Shown: positions 25,283 through 39,010 of the stretch, piece after piece
Position numbering within the stretch: the stretch's first letter is position 1
Layout: every line of letters begins with the position of its first letter
Assembly (NCBI RefSeq): GCF_006345805.1
Contig: NW_021832962.1
Location: 1-56,230 of the forward strand
Length of the DNA stretch: 56,230 nucleotides
Origin: Octopus sinensis
Taxonomy: Eukaryota
Direction: 5' to 3'
The notes under the pieces: model-generated
Databases searched by the model: none
The model's input: the letters and a program-made list of their open reading frames with translations, nothing else
Told to the model about the DNA's origin: nothing
Program-made: the position numbers and the translations under genes

Positions 25283-25445
25283 CATATATATATACGACGG
25301 GCTTCTTTCAGTTTCCGCCTACCAAATCCACTCAAAAGGCTTTGGTCGGCCCGAGGCTATAGTAGAAGATACTTGCCCAAGGTGCCGCGCAGTTGGACTG
25401 AACCCGGAAACATGTGGTTGTTAACAAGCTACATACTACACACCC
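25040..25445 (-). mobile_element. SINE family A
   Basis: Reverse complement of 21057-21472. Confidence 0.92.
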
Positions 25446-25591
25446 CCAATATATATATATGTAGTATGTATGTATGTATATATATATATATATAAATATA
25501 TATATATAGATATATACAATATAAACATACATATACATATATATACATATATATATATATATACATATATATACATATATATATATATAGA

Positions 25592-25627
<36 letters not shown>

Positions 25628-25639
25628 TATATGTATATA

Positions 25640-25720
25640 TTGGAAGGTTTGAAGATGATGTACAGGTATTATATATTAGAAGAAATAAGTGCTAAGAAAT
25701 CTGGATGGGTTTTATATTTA
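25640..25720 (-). mobile_element. Tail fragment of the 30930-31390 hammerhead family
   Basis: Reverse complement of about 31305-31386. Confidence 0.7.
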
Positions 25721-25753
25721 ATATTTTTATTAATGTCGTGTTTTTATAAATCA

Positions 25754-26600
25754 TACTAGCTTAAGGGACCCGCTCTACGCGCGGGTATAAGAGTGTGGTT
25801 GTACTTTCTGCTGTTTCTTTCTGTTTTATCACAACATTCTCCCTCTTTATTTTTCTCTCCTTTCTCTATCACTTTCCCACTCTCTTACTCTCATTTCTCT
25901 CGGACTCTCCCTCGCTTTCTTTACTCTCTATCTTTCTTATCTATCTCTCTCCCATTTATATAAACAACAAAAGATCTTGAGTAAGTTGAGAAAGAATATA
26001 TTTTGAAAGATCAATCATAAATATCAGGCAGTGGCAACAGAAAGATCTGCTTCAAAGCAGACAGCAAAACACTAACATTTAAAAGGGACAGACAAACTTG
26101 CGAGCTGAATAAAAATTAAAAAAATATTGGAAAGTTTGAAGGGATAGAATCTGAAGATAGTAGAGTCACTATGGCTGGCATTTCTTAACGACGGACAGCA
26201 ACGTAGTGACAGTTTAACGGCTGGCGTAAAATTTTTAACTTGATGTAAAAGAAAATTCCTAAACACCAAGTTTTAAAGTGATTCTTTCTCATGACAGTAG
26301 ACTCACAATGGCAAGCATTCAAAACTTCTTCATGATGGACGGCAACAACATTTTTAGATTGATGTAACTGAGAATTCCTAAACACCCGCTCCTGTAAATT
26401 TTAATCCCCTTCCAGACCCATTTAGACCTCTGTTCACATTTTGGTTAATATAACCCGATTTCATTCAGGTCTACTCGGGCCACATTTTATAAGATGAGGA
26501 ATTTTGTCCTAGAGGTCACGCCTTTTATTTGAGGAAAAATAGTTGCCATGCAAACTCGCCGCCACTTTTAACATAGGTGTGCATATTTTCAGTTCAACCG
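25754..26600 (+). mobile_element. Possible non-autonomous Helitron/Helentron-type element
   Basis: Begins TACTAGC...GACCCGCTCTACGCGCGGGT (hairpin) followed by a CT-rich tract. It has an internal duplication (26150-26265 versus 26290-26386) and ends in (TA)n. Confidence 0.4.
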
Positions 26601-26622
26601 ACCACATAATGCACACATTATA

Positions 26623-26653
<31 letters not shown>

Positions 26654-27076
26654 GTGTGTGTGTACATATATACGCATTATACATATACATATATATATAT
26701 ATATAAATACAGATATATACACTTTGCATATATACATTATATATACATATTTATATATAGAACACACACACACAGATATATATAAATTAACCCAATAAAT
26801 ATCTGATTCATAATATTTGTTCTCATGATTGTGTGGTGGTTGTGGCGATAATAATTCTCTCAATGAATGCAGACAGACGTAGAGAGAGAGAGAGGATGTG
26901 GAAGAAAGAGTGAAGGCGACGGGGGAAAGATAGTAGACACTGTCAAACGACGTTATAGAGAGAAAGTGAAAGGAAGGCAGAAAAGAGAGAGAAACGGAGG
27001 AAGATAGGCAGATAAGAGAATGAGAGAAGATTGTCAAAGTGTGCGGGGTCGAAATCGTTTACAAGCTCGGATCACT

Positions 27077-27283
27077 CCAGACGCGTTTTCCACTGTTTGA
27101 AGAAGTTCTAGAATTCTTGCGTTATGATACCTTTTAACGCCCCCGTCATCTTTTCTTCATCTCTTCCACATCTACAAAACGCTTTCCTTTAAGGACTTTT
27201 TTTCAATCGGGGGAACCAAGGGAGCAGGATCGGATGAATGGGGAGGGTGGATAAATGGGGTCGTGCCATTTTTGGTCAAAAAC

Positions 27284-27287
<4 letters not shown>
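27077..27287 (-). mobile_element. Mariner transposase C-terminal fragment
   Basis: HPPHSSDPAP (compare HPPYSPDLAP), FPRLKK, VLKGKRFVDVEE and FKQWKTRLE. Confidence 0.85.
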
Positions 27288-27323
<36 letters not shown>

Positions 27324-27713
27324 GTACTGATCCGTGAATTTATTGATCAACATCATCATCATTATTAGATTAGCCTGTTTGGAAAAAGACAAAAATCCTA
27401 ACATCGAGATATAAGTAACCTTAGATACCAAGAAACCCCCCAAGTACCCTAACTGTCCCTAATAACACTATTTTCTGGAGCTGTAGTAAACAGGATTTAA
27501 GCCTAATCTTCTATCCATCTATTCAGATCTTTAAGAGTGGTTCTCAATATAACTATAACTACTGCCATACATTTTACCCCCACTTTCTATAGTTTCTGTA
27601 ATTCAATGGTTAGGTCCTAGTACTTTGCTATTTTGTGTATTTCTCTCATATTGACTTTTTTCATCATTTGGGACTGTAAAGTCAATTATCTGGCACTCTC
27701 TGTTCTCTTTATC

Positions 27714-28043
27714 TACAGGGTGCGGACGCTATTTGAGGACAAATTTATGTTTTTAAAACAACGCTTATATAATAACAAAAAAAATTCTATTTTTATAACA
27801 ATTACATACACATAAAGCTAAATTACCGGTTCAATAAAACCACCATAAGCATCAATAACTGCTTCTATGCGGGGTCGAAATCGTTTACAAGCTCGGATCA
27901 CGTGGTACTTATTCATATCGGACATGACTACGGCGGCTTTCAAAGAATCTTTGGTGCTATGGGGGTCTTCATTGACATTTTTCTCAACGCTACTCCAGAC
28001 ATAGCAGTCCAGTGGATTGAGATCTGGGGAATTAGGGGGCCAA
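27714..28043 (-). mobile_element. Tc1/mariner-superfamily 3' end with TIR
   Basis: WPPNSPDLNPLDCYVW...IRACKRFRPRIEAVIDAYGGFIE, with terminal TACAGGGTG. Confidence 0.88.
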
Positions 28044-28780
28044 GTTTAACCGCTCTATAAACTCTATATATACTCAAGAAATACAGCAATTATTCTATGC
28101 AGGAGTCCCTAATTTGCATACCGAAAATGTTTAACCGCTTTATAAACTCTATATATACTCAAGAAATACAGCGGTTATTCTATGCAGGCGTCCCTAATTT
28201 GCATACCGAAAATGTTTAACCGCTCTATAAACTCTATATATACTCAAGAAATACAGCAGTTACTCTATGCAGGAGACCCTAATTTACTCTTTTACTCTTT
28301 TTCACTCTTTTACTTGTTTCAGTCATTTGACTGCGGCCATGCTGGAGCACCGCCTTTAGTCGAGCAAATCGACCCCGGGACTTATTCTTTGTAAGCCCAG
28401 TACATATTTTATCGGTCTCTTTTGCCGAACCGCTAAGTGACGGGGACGTAAACACACCAGCATCGGTTGCCAAGCAATGCTAGGGAGACAAACACAGACA
28501 CTCAAACATATACACACACACTTATATATATATACATATATACGACAGGCTTCTTTCAGTTTCCGTCTACCAAATCCACCCACAAGGGACTGAACCCGGA
28601 ACCATGTGGTTGGTTAGCAAGCTACTTACCACACAGCTACTCCTGCGCCTATTTGCATACCAAAAATGTTTAACCGCTTTATAAACTCTATATATACTCA
28701 AGAAATACAGCAGTTATTCTCTGCAGGAGTCCCTAATTTGCATACCGAAAATGTTTAACCGCTTTATAAACTCTATATAT
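28044..28780. repeat. 85-bp minisatellite (about 4.5 units) split by a SINE A insertion
   Basis: AACCGC recurs at 28048, 28133 and 28218, then at 28672 and 28757. Confidence 0.92.
28286..28649 (-). mobile_element. SINE family A with an internal deletion
   Basis: Reverse complement of 21057-21472. Confidence 0.92.
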
Positions 28781-29471
28781 ACAGCATCAACATTTTTTTC
28801 TTTTAGCTTTGTTATCATTTCTTGTGATTTGCTTCCTTTTCAGTATTTTTCACCCACAACATAATCAAACCAGGACTAGCTTGCTTGTCTCTAAATTTTT
28901 CCTTTATTTGTCTCAGTTACGTGCGTACAGTTTGTATGAAACACTTTTGGCACATTAAATACCTGCTCCAACAGAATATCAATCTATCAACTTTTATTAA
29001 TGCCTTGTTTTCCCTCCATTTCTATGTGGGGCAATCTCCATTTCTGTCTTGTTTTTGTTCTGTTTTGTTTTTTTCGGTGGGGAATAGCATATTTCATAAA
29101 CTTCAAAGAATCCATGTTTACGCCATTTCACGAGGCTGAAGTTATTGACAATTAAAATGTGGCAATTTATTGTTCGTTGTACTGTATTTTCAGGGGGGTT
29201 CTTTTTTTCATATTTTGATTTTAATATTTTTATTTTATTGTTTTTCCTCTCTGCGTTGTTGGTGTTGCTTATTTTTGTTTGTTCGTTTCGCTTTTTTAGT
29301 TTATTTTTATTTTAAATTAAGACAGAAATGCGAGCAACAAATATTGAAGACATACATCAACCGACCAATCAGCCAACCACCGTTTTGCAAAAATTAAGGA
29401 CATGGAAAAATTTCCAGGAAATAAATATTCACACCCCCACCATTATATATGTGTGTATGTGTGTATGTATG

Positions 29472-29510
<39 letters not shown>

Positions 29511-29669
29511 TATATATATATAGGTATGTATGTATGTATGTATGTATGTATGTATGCCATGTATGTATGTAAGTATGTATGTATGTATGTATGTATGCAT
29601 GTATGTATGTAAGTATGTATGTATGTATGTATGTATGTATGTATGTATGTATGTATGTATGTATGTATG

Positions 29670-29918
29670 TATAAAGGATGCGGGGAATAAACTGTCATCT
29701 AAATTACGCAAAAATAAATATAATACTAACATCTCATTTTCCCAGATTTATTTGCCAAAATTACATAAAAATATCTTAAAATACTAAAGAGTAAATTTAT
29801 TCAATACAATCGCCATTGGCTTCAACCACGTCCTCCAGACGACTTCGGAATCTCCTGCAATTCTTTTAGGCGGCCTTCTTGTTTAAGTTGGTGAATGTTG
29901 TCATAATCCTTACCTTCA
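29670..29918 (-). mobile_element. Tc1/mariner-superfamily 3' end, decayed
   Basis: LKVRIMTTFTNLNK...CRRFRSRLEDVVEANGDCIE*, with a degenerate TIR at about 29670. Confidence 0.72.
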
Positions 29919-30094
29919 ATACATCTTTGCTGTTACCAGGAGTTTTGTTGGACTCTCGCCCAACTGCGCCTCACACATAATAATCAGGGTGATTGCAGTC
30001 TGGAGAGTTAAGTGGCCAGATGTTGGGGATGGTGTGGCCGCAGTGTATGTAATGAAACCAGTGTATGAAATGAAGCCAGCAGTGTGTGTAATGT

Positions 30095-30492
30095 AACCAG
30101 TGGTACCTGCCCTAGATATAGAAGTGAAGACTGGAATAGGATACAAAGAGTTTGTGACAAAGGAAGCATTGTGAAGACGTGGTACAAGACAAATATCAAG
30201 AAGTGATATTTGTAGATGTCACAACCGATGGAGAACTAGCCCGAAGATTTAGGAAAGCTCTGAAGATCGTTGAAAAGCAAAGGAGCTCCATCAGATCACA
30301 ACCATGTAGGACGTACCCACCTGCACCAATGATAACTGCATGGTGTGTAAGATTAACCCTGGCATTAACTGTAAAACTAGAAAAGTAGTCTGCATCATAA
30401 GGTGCATAGAGGATGCTTGTAAAGACAATAATATTATATATTAGGCGAGACATCTAGAAGCATTGCGGAGAGACTAAATGAGTATTTGAGAC
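30095..30492 (+). mobile_element. PLE linker plus GIY-YIG endonuclease fragment
   Basis: PRYRSEDWNR..WYK, VIFVDVTTDGELA, the Cys-rich CTNDNCMVC...NCKTRKVVCIIRC, then a frameshift into GETSRSIAERLNE. Confidence 0.85.
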
Positions 30493-30887
30493 TTGCATAC
30501 ATATATATACATATATAAATATATACATATACATATATATATGCATACATACACACACACACATGCATACACATACATACATACATGCATGCATACTTAC
30601 ATACATATGTGTACACACATGCACACTCACGCGCACACATGCTCACAAACAAACAAACAAAAAGAACGACTATTGAGATGGTTGCAAGACGCAACGAAAA
30701 TTTCGGAAAAAATAAATAAGTGGAAATTGAACCGCTGAGTGTGTTGAATAATAAGGCATTTAATAGAAGAGAATGATTCTCCACAGACACAATAAAATAT
30801 GCTTCAACACACGAACTCACATAAAGAATCTTGCAAGCAAATACTAAATTGAAATATATATTTGTATAACACCACACACGTATATAC

Positions 30888-30929
<42 letters not shown>

Positions 30930-30932
<3 letters not shown>

Positions 30933-31390
30933 TAGAAGAAATGGCTACTCAGAAATCTGGATGGCTTTATGTTTACAGATATTTATCAGTATGTTACACG
31001 TTTTTAGAAATCATATTTCGTATATATAGCGCTTTCGTCCACTCTAGTGGTGTTTTCAAATTGAACTTTTGCAGCAATTTTGTCTTTTTATATAGTATTA
31101 TTATAATAATAGTATGTTATAGTATTTTATAGTATTATTATAATAATTATAATAATACTAATTATAATAATATTATAATAATAATATAAAAAGAGACAAA
31201 ATTCATGCAAAAGTACAGGTTGAAGACTCCACTAGAGTGGACGAAAGCGCTACTATATGAAATATGATTTATAAAAGCATGTAACATAATTAATATATAT
31301 CTGTAAATATAAAACCATCCAGATTTCTGAGTACCTCATTTCTTCTAATATATAATACATGTACATCATCTCCAAACCTTCTAATATATA
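30930..31390. mobile_element. Inverted pair of a hammerhead-like repeat family
   Basis: 30930-31105 is the reverse complement of about 31170-31350. Each arm has TTGAA(G/A)A, a hairpin and GAAAGCGCTA. Confidence 0.78.
31213..31258 (+). ncRNA. Variant or degenerate minimal hammerhead motif
   Basis: TTGAAGA-C-TCCAC(TAGA)GTGGA-C-GAAAGCGCTA. Stem III is the palindrome AGCGCT, C3 is replaced by U, and stem I is weak. Confidence 0.55.
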
Positions 31391-31470
31391 TATATATTCA
31401 TTTTGAGATAGTAGGCCTTTTCATTCCACCATATAAAAGAATTTTAATTTAAATACTTACTGTTATATAT

Positions 31471-31570
31471 CTCGGCTATACGTGTTTCTTGAAGTTCATT
31501 TCCCAGTTCCTTAACCACGCTGTGTTTTGCTGGAACCTTTCTTAAAATATAACCCCAATCATCAGGCCTC
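31471..31570 (-). ncRNA. Type I hammerhead ribozyme motif with extended stem II
   Basis: GGC-CTGATGA-TTGGGGTT...AACTTCAA-GAAA-CACGTA-TA-GCC. The inverted copy retains the palindromic GAAACACGTGTA at 32122-32133. Confidence 0.75.
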
Positions 31571-31769
31571 TACATCACTTTATCATAGTTTGATACTAAA
31601 AACTATATTTTAATTTTTTAAGCAAATAAATATGTGTAAATAGGTTCGCCGGACCCTACTGTACAAGCCATAATTTAATTCAAATAAAAGATTACAAAAA
31701 AATAAGATAAAAAACAAAAAAATTAAGATAAAAATAAAAAATACGAATGAAAATTAAAATTTACAAAAA

Positions 31770-32078
31770 CTGGATGGAAGCACTCCGTCGGTTACGACGA
31801 CGGGGGTTCCGGTTGATCCGAATCAACGGAACAGCCTGCTCGTGAAATTAACGTGTAAGTGGCTGAGCACTCCACAGACACATGTACACTTAACGTAGTT
31901 CTCGGGGATATTCAGCGTGACACAGAGAGTGACAAGGCCGGCCCTTTGAAATACAGGTACAGTAGAAACAGGAAGAAAGAGTGAGAGAAAGTTGTGGTGA
32001 AAGAGTACAGCAGGGATCACCACCATCCCCTGCCGGAGCCTCGTGGTGCTTTAGGTGTTTTCGCTCAATAAACACTCG
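31770..32078. mobile_element. Interspersed repeat family E (SINE-like)
   Basis: Near identity with 21775-21965. Confidence 0.85.
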
Positions 32079-32302
32079 TAACTTACGTCTATAAGTTAAG
32101 GAACCGGGAAATGAACTTCAAGAAACACGTGTAGCCGAGATATAGGGAGTAAGTATTTAAATTCTTTTATATGGTAGGATGAAGGGGCATACTATCTCTA
32201 AATGAAAATATATATTTCCTCATTGAGAATAACTTGAACCCCTGTTATGACGGAATTTTCATTCCCTAACAAATAAAATTATATATATATGAATGTGTGT
32301 GC

Positions 32303-32341
<39 letters not shown>

Positions 32342-33198
32342 AATATAAACCATAGTGATATCTGTTCAACACCTGATGATGGGAATGTATGCTTGCTTGT
32401 GAAACTTTTATATCTTGGGGTATCGCTATTCTCAGATGTTTCTCACTCTCGTTAGGCTGAACTAGATTCGGAGATCGTGGTTTATGGTAATTATACACTC
32501 TGTATATATACATATATATATACATACATACATACATACATACATACATACATACATACATACATACATACGTATATATCTATGTGTGTGTGTGTGTGTG
32601 TGTGTGGATATACATGAGTACTTTCTTTCGTTTGTGATAAATAATTAATAATTTCACGTGTCCAATTATTCATAAATATCATTCTACGCTCTGCTTGTTA
32701 TTTAATTATTGTTTCTGCTTAAACATTAATACATATTTCTCTGTTTTGCTTCTTGATACTATATATGTGTGTGTGTGTCTGTGTGTGTATCCATATACAT
32801 ATATATATAACATAATATATATGTATTCTGTACATACGTTATATATAAATATTATATATATATATATATATCTATATATATATATATATATGTGTGTATA
32901 TAGAAATGTGTAGGTATATATGCATACATATGCATATATATATATGTATATAGATAGATAGATAGATAAATGTTTACATATGTATATATATATATGCGCG
33001 CGTATGTGTGTTTCCGTATATGCTTATACATATGTATATATATTTATATCTGTGTGTGTATGTATGCATATATATATGTATGCACAAACACATACATACA
33101 TACATACATACATATATACATACATACATACATACATGCATACATACATTCATACATATACATACATACATACATACATACATACATACATACATACA

Positions 33199-33232
<34 letters not shown>

Positions 33233-33678
33233 CAAGCATAGAAATATTAACTTCCTTCACAGATTACTGAATTCTCATACAAAATTTATTTACTAAAATA
33301 TTTAAGATTATAGTCGCAACACATTTGTTGCTTCTTAGTTTAAGTCTAAAATCCTTTTGCAACACAAAGATAACAGGAAGATTCTTTAAAGAATTGAACA
33401 ACCCATAGTATACCTCAGAATACAATATGTACCTGATCAAGGATGGATCTCATCGATCGCTTTGTGTGGTTGTGATTAATTTATCATTTTCGTCTACGCT
33501 TTGCTTGATGGTGTCTTCTTTGATTATTTTCTGTGTTTAATCATTTGCTACCAACTGTTCTCTTGCTCGCTTTGATTAAGAAGTCTGTCATTTGACTAAT
33601 CTGTGTAATTTTAAAATTTCCATGTATATATGTAAATAAATGTGTGCATGTATGTATGTATGTATGTATGTATGTATG

Positions 33679-33709
<31 letters not shown>

Positions 33710-33970
33710 TTACATTTGCGTGTGTGTATGTGTTTGGATTGTCTTGGCCGTCTTCTTTTTCGTGGCTTATACATGTAAAGTTTAAAAACAGATGCATATA
33801 TATATGTATATATGTATATATTAACATACATACATATATATATATATGTATATAGATATATATATATATATATTATATACATATGTGTGTATATATATAT
33901 TCCCTTATAAATTTCAGTTCAAATGCTATAGCTATGCTGGAGCACCGTCATATGGTATATGAATATATAT

Positions 33971-34022
<52 letters not shown>

Positions 34023-34256
34023 TATATATTTATATGAATGTATATATGTGTGTGTGTGCTTCTGTGTGTGTTAGTGTATACATATGTATGTACAAAAACA
34101 TATCTTTACGTGTGCATATATATATATACGATACATGCGTGTATGTGTGTGTGCGCATGTGTTTGCGTGCGTGCGTGCGTGCGCGAGCCTGAGTTTGCAT
34201 GCATGTGTGTTTGTGTGTGTGCTTGTGTGCGTGTGTGTGTTTGTGTGTGTAAGATT

Positions 34257-34333
<77 letters not shown>

Positions 34334-34564
34334 GTACACTTGTCTGCAGCCTACGTTCAAGCATTGTTTGTTTACATGTTTGCCTGTTTTTATTTGTTTC
34401 GTCTATTCATTCAATCCTTCCATTATTTGTATTCCTCATTAATCGCTTCTATATTTTTTCATACATCTATTTATTTTCTCTGCTTGTCAACGTAATGTTT
34501 ATGTTTGTACATATATTGAGTTCTCAGTTGAAATTCTCCATGGCTTTTTTGTATTCTCTCACCT

Positions 34565-34652
<88 letters not shown>

Positions 34653-35699
34653 CATACTTATTATACATATATACATATATATATATACATATATATTTAT
34701 GTATGTATGTATGTATATATATATATACAATATTGATATATATACGCGTATATATATATATATATATATATACATATATATAATATTGATATGTATACGC
34801 GTATATATGTATATATTTACATATATGTATATGTATATATATAGGCATATATATATATATGGTATTGGTATATATGTATCTATGCCTCTGTGTGTGTGTA
34901 CAAGTGAGTGAATAAACGAAAGAAGGGCACGCAACACATTTAGTGGGGCTAACAGGTAGAGATCAGAATAGTCTATTTCAAATTCCGTTTCAAATCCCTT
35001 AAAGGCCAGTAGAAATTCGAATGAAGTTCGTTCGAATTTCCACCTGCCCAATGATAAGCCTCATTAGGAGGCTTTGAAACTTTCAGTTACACGGAACTTG
35101 AATCACACTGTCCTCATCCCTATATATATATATATATAATATATATATAATATATATATAGATATGTGTGTATATATATATACATACATACTTATATATA
35201 CATACATACATATATACATATATATTTATGCATGTATGTAATATATTATATATGTATTATATATATGTATATATATATGTATACATATGTAGCGCGGTGC
35301 GAGTCGTCAGCAATTTTAAATTTGAATGACAGAAGTTGATTGTTATTATCGTAAGGTGGGCTGCGATAGATCGAGAAAGGTCACGCGATGTCGTGGTTTG
35401 AAGTTGGTGTATGGGTAATAGTTAGTTGGAAAATACAGTATGGCAGACAAGAAATTGACCACACGGGGGACAGGAGATAGATTAGAAGTCGGTCAAGTAG
35501 TTGTTGTGGGGGAGGAATCGAAAGGAGCTGCCTATGGATGTGGATGCACGCTCATACAGTCCTTACTTGCGTGTGTATATTGATGCGAGTGCATCTGTAC
35601 CTGGATGTGCACACGCACACACACACACACACATACACACACACACAAACATACACATACACACACACATACACACTCACATACACACGCGTTTGCCCG

Positions 35700-35838
35700 C
35701 GGACGTGTTTGTCCAAGCGACAGAATAAGTACTTGGCTTACAAAGGATAAGTCTTGATGTCGATTTCTTCGACTAACACCTTTCAATGCGGTGCTCCAGC
35801 ATTGCCGCAGTCATATGACTGAAATAAGTAAAAGAATG
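35700..35838 (+). mobile_element. SINE family A tail fragment, diverged
   Basis: AGAATAAGTACT...GCGGTGCTCCAGCATTGCCGCAGTC...GACTGAAATAAGTAAAAG. Confidence 0.75.
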
Positions 35839-35849
35839 GAGGAATAAAA

Positions 35850-36385
35850 GTATATATATAATATATATAATATATGAAAATTATATACATATATATATAT
35901 ATACCTATATATATATATACATATATAATATATTACATATATATAAATATATTATATATATAATATATATATATTATAATATATGTATATGTATTTATAG
36001 TTTTATTATATATGTATATGTATATATATATTACATTACATATATATATATACATATATATATATATAATATATTATATATATATATACATATATATATA
36101 TTATATATGTGTGTGTGTAGAGTTATATATACATAACTGTATGACAGTTGTTTCGCGCCTTGAGTATTTTCGTGTCACTGTGGAGTTTTGGGGGCTTCTC
36201 GTAGTTTTAGTTGTTAGTGTTGTTGATGCTTCTGTTACGGTTTTATTTCAGAGCATCATCATCATCATCATCATTGTCATCATCAACATCATCGTCTTAA
36301 ACCTTAACACCATCACCATTGTTAATACTGATAATGATGATGTTTTTAATGTTGATGATGATCATGGTGATGATGATGATGATAT

Positions 36386-36419
<34 letters not shown>

Positions 36420-36433
36420 TAATAATAATAATA

Positions 36434-36476
<43 letters not shown>

Positions 36477-36752
36477 GATGATGATGAGATGATGATGATG
36501 ATATGATAATAATAATAATGAATAATATAATAATAATGATAATGAGATGATGATGATGAGATGATGATGATGATGATGATAATGCTAATAATGATAATAA
36601 TAATAATATAATAATAAAATAATAATAATAATAATAATAATGAAATGTGATGATGATGATGATGATGATGATGATAATATTAATAATAATATAATAATAA
36701 TAATAATATAATAATAATAATAATAATGATAATGATGATAATGATGATGATG

Positions 36753-36786
<34 letters not shown>

Positions 36787-36857
36787 TGATAATAATAATA
36801 ATAATGATAATGAAGATGATGATGATGATGATGATGATGATGATAATGCTAATAATG

Positions 36858-36924
<67 letters not shown>

Positions 36925-37600
36925 TAATAATTATAATAATGATGATGATGCTGATGATGATCGTGATGATTATTTCTTTTATTGTTACAGAAGTTTAATA
37001 ATAGCAATAATAATAATAATAATGATGTTTCTTTTGAAATTAATTTTTTCAAAGGAAAAGTGCATGATGAAACTAAAATGGAAAGGCCCCTACATATAGG
37101 CAAAGACACACACACACAACTAAAATAATCACTGCAACTCAATCGCACATATTCACATACATACACCGTAATCGCACACACACACACACATATACACACA
37201 CACGTTTTACACACGAAACCAGATACCATTACGCAAAAGTATAATGAGATGCAAATATACACACACACCAAAATTAACAATCACACAAACACACAACAAA
37301 TTATTACCACACAGAAACACACACACCACACACACACACTACACACACACACAGTCAGATTCACAAATATGCGCACACACATGCATACACATGTAACATG
37401 TAACATAAGCGCATGGGGCAGAAACATATCAACAAACACACACACACACACACATATCAAAAGTATAATAATGACGCACATACAAACACGCGCACACACA
37501 CACACACATACATATGCAGAGTCAGATACATGACAGAAATGCATATGCACACATACATACACACACGTGAACACACGTACAATACATACGTACACACGTG

Positions 37601-37648
<48 letters not shown>

Positions 37649-37860
37649 ACATGCAGAGTCAGATACATGACAGAAATGCATATGCACACATACATACACA
37701 CACGTGAACACACGTACAATACATACGTACACACATGTGAACACATGTACAACAAACACACAAAAATATCACACATTACTCAATCACACACAAATGCACA
37801 CACACAAACATACACTCACACAGTTACACACGCAGTCAATCACACATACACGAGATTATC
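35850..37860. repeat. (TA)n, (AAT/GAT)n and (CA)n fields, including a tandem duplication of about 137 bp
   Basis: 37514-37606 is repeated at 37651-37745. Confidence 0.88.
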
Positions 37861-38224
37861 CATCATGCGTCGCCATCATTAATTGTACGATGTCCGCCAT
37901 TTTTTTTTATTATGATTTTGGTTGTGTTTCGGTGTTCAATATCGAAGACATTTGATTAAAAACTGATATTAAAGAACAAATTCGAATCTACCACTAATTG
38001 TATTCAGAAAACTAGTTACCATTTTCTCTCTCAGATATAATTTGATGCTTAATTAATTCTTCCAGCTAATTTTCATTTGATCTGCAAGAAGGTACGGGAA
38101 AAGCTATCAATAGATGTGCGCATGAGAGCGCTTGTGTGTGTTTGATTATTTGTATACATATATGTAAGACTATGTGTGTGTCCATATATACGCATGTGTG
38201 TGCGTGTGCGTGTATACATATATG

Positions 38225-38840
38225 TATGAGCAGTCGTGGTTCTGTTGTAAGAAGCTTGCTTCCCAGCTTTATGGTTATAGGCAAGTGTCTTCAAGTATAC
38301 CCTTAAGTCGACGAAAATCTTTTAATTCGATTTGGTAAACAGAAACTGAAAGAAACCCGTCATATATATGTCCTGTTCAGAATATATATATGTATGTGTG
38401 TGTTTATGTGACTGTATGTATGTGTGCATATGTGCGTGTATATATATATATATATATATACATGCTTATGTGATATTTATATGTATGTATATGTATATAT
38501 ATACATACATGTATATATCTACATATATATATATATATATCATATATCAATATATTATATATATATTATATTATACACGTATGTCTGTGTGTCCGCGTGC
38601 ATAGATATATGTACGTGTGTGCGCGGGGAGAGCGTTGTGGTATGTGGTTGTCTCCTACCACTGCTTGTAAACCGGTTTAGTTTGTTTACGATCCCGTAAA
38701 CTTAGCAGTTCATCACAAGTGATCGACAGACTGGGTAGCTGATTTCCAAAACAGTAGTGGGGTCGATTCGTTCGACGAAAGCATTCACGGCAGTTTCCCC
38801 AGATGAACGCAATCCAATGACTGAAGCAAGTAAATGAAAG
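38225..38840 (+). mobile_element. Old SINE A-related copy with an expanded internal microsatellite
   Basis: Diverged head, GGCAAGTGTCTTC, GAAACTGAAAGAAACCCGTC and the tail AATGACTGAAGCAAGTAAA. Confidence 0.7.
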
Positions 38841-39010
38841 AAACATTCTATATATATATATAATATATATATATATATAATATATATACAATCACAATCA
38901 GGAACGGCCATAATAGGCCTTCACCCACTAGAAATAACAGCCAAAGCTTCAACCGCAAAATAACATCAATTCCGTAAACCAGGAGAAAATTAAAAACATT
39001 TACCCGTAAT

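Larger units (their letters stand above)
31392..32215. mobile_element. Hammerhead-bearing element (-) with an inverted partial copy (+), separated by repeat E
   Basis: 31392-31514 is the reverse complement of 32095-32215. Confidence 0.8.

Noticed and set aside
32370-32440. CTGATGA followed by a TGGGAAT/ATTCTCA stem
   Set aside because: No GAAA box follows the stem; at best this is a truncated remnant.
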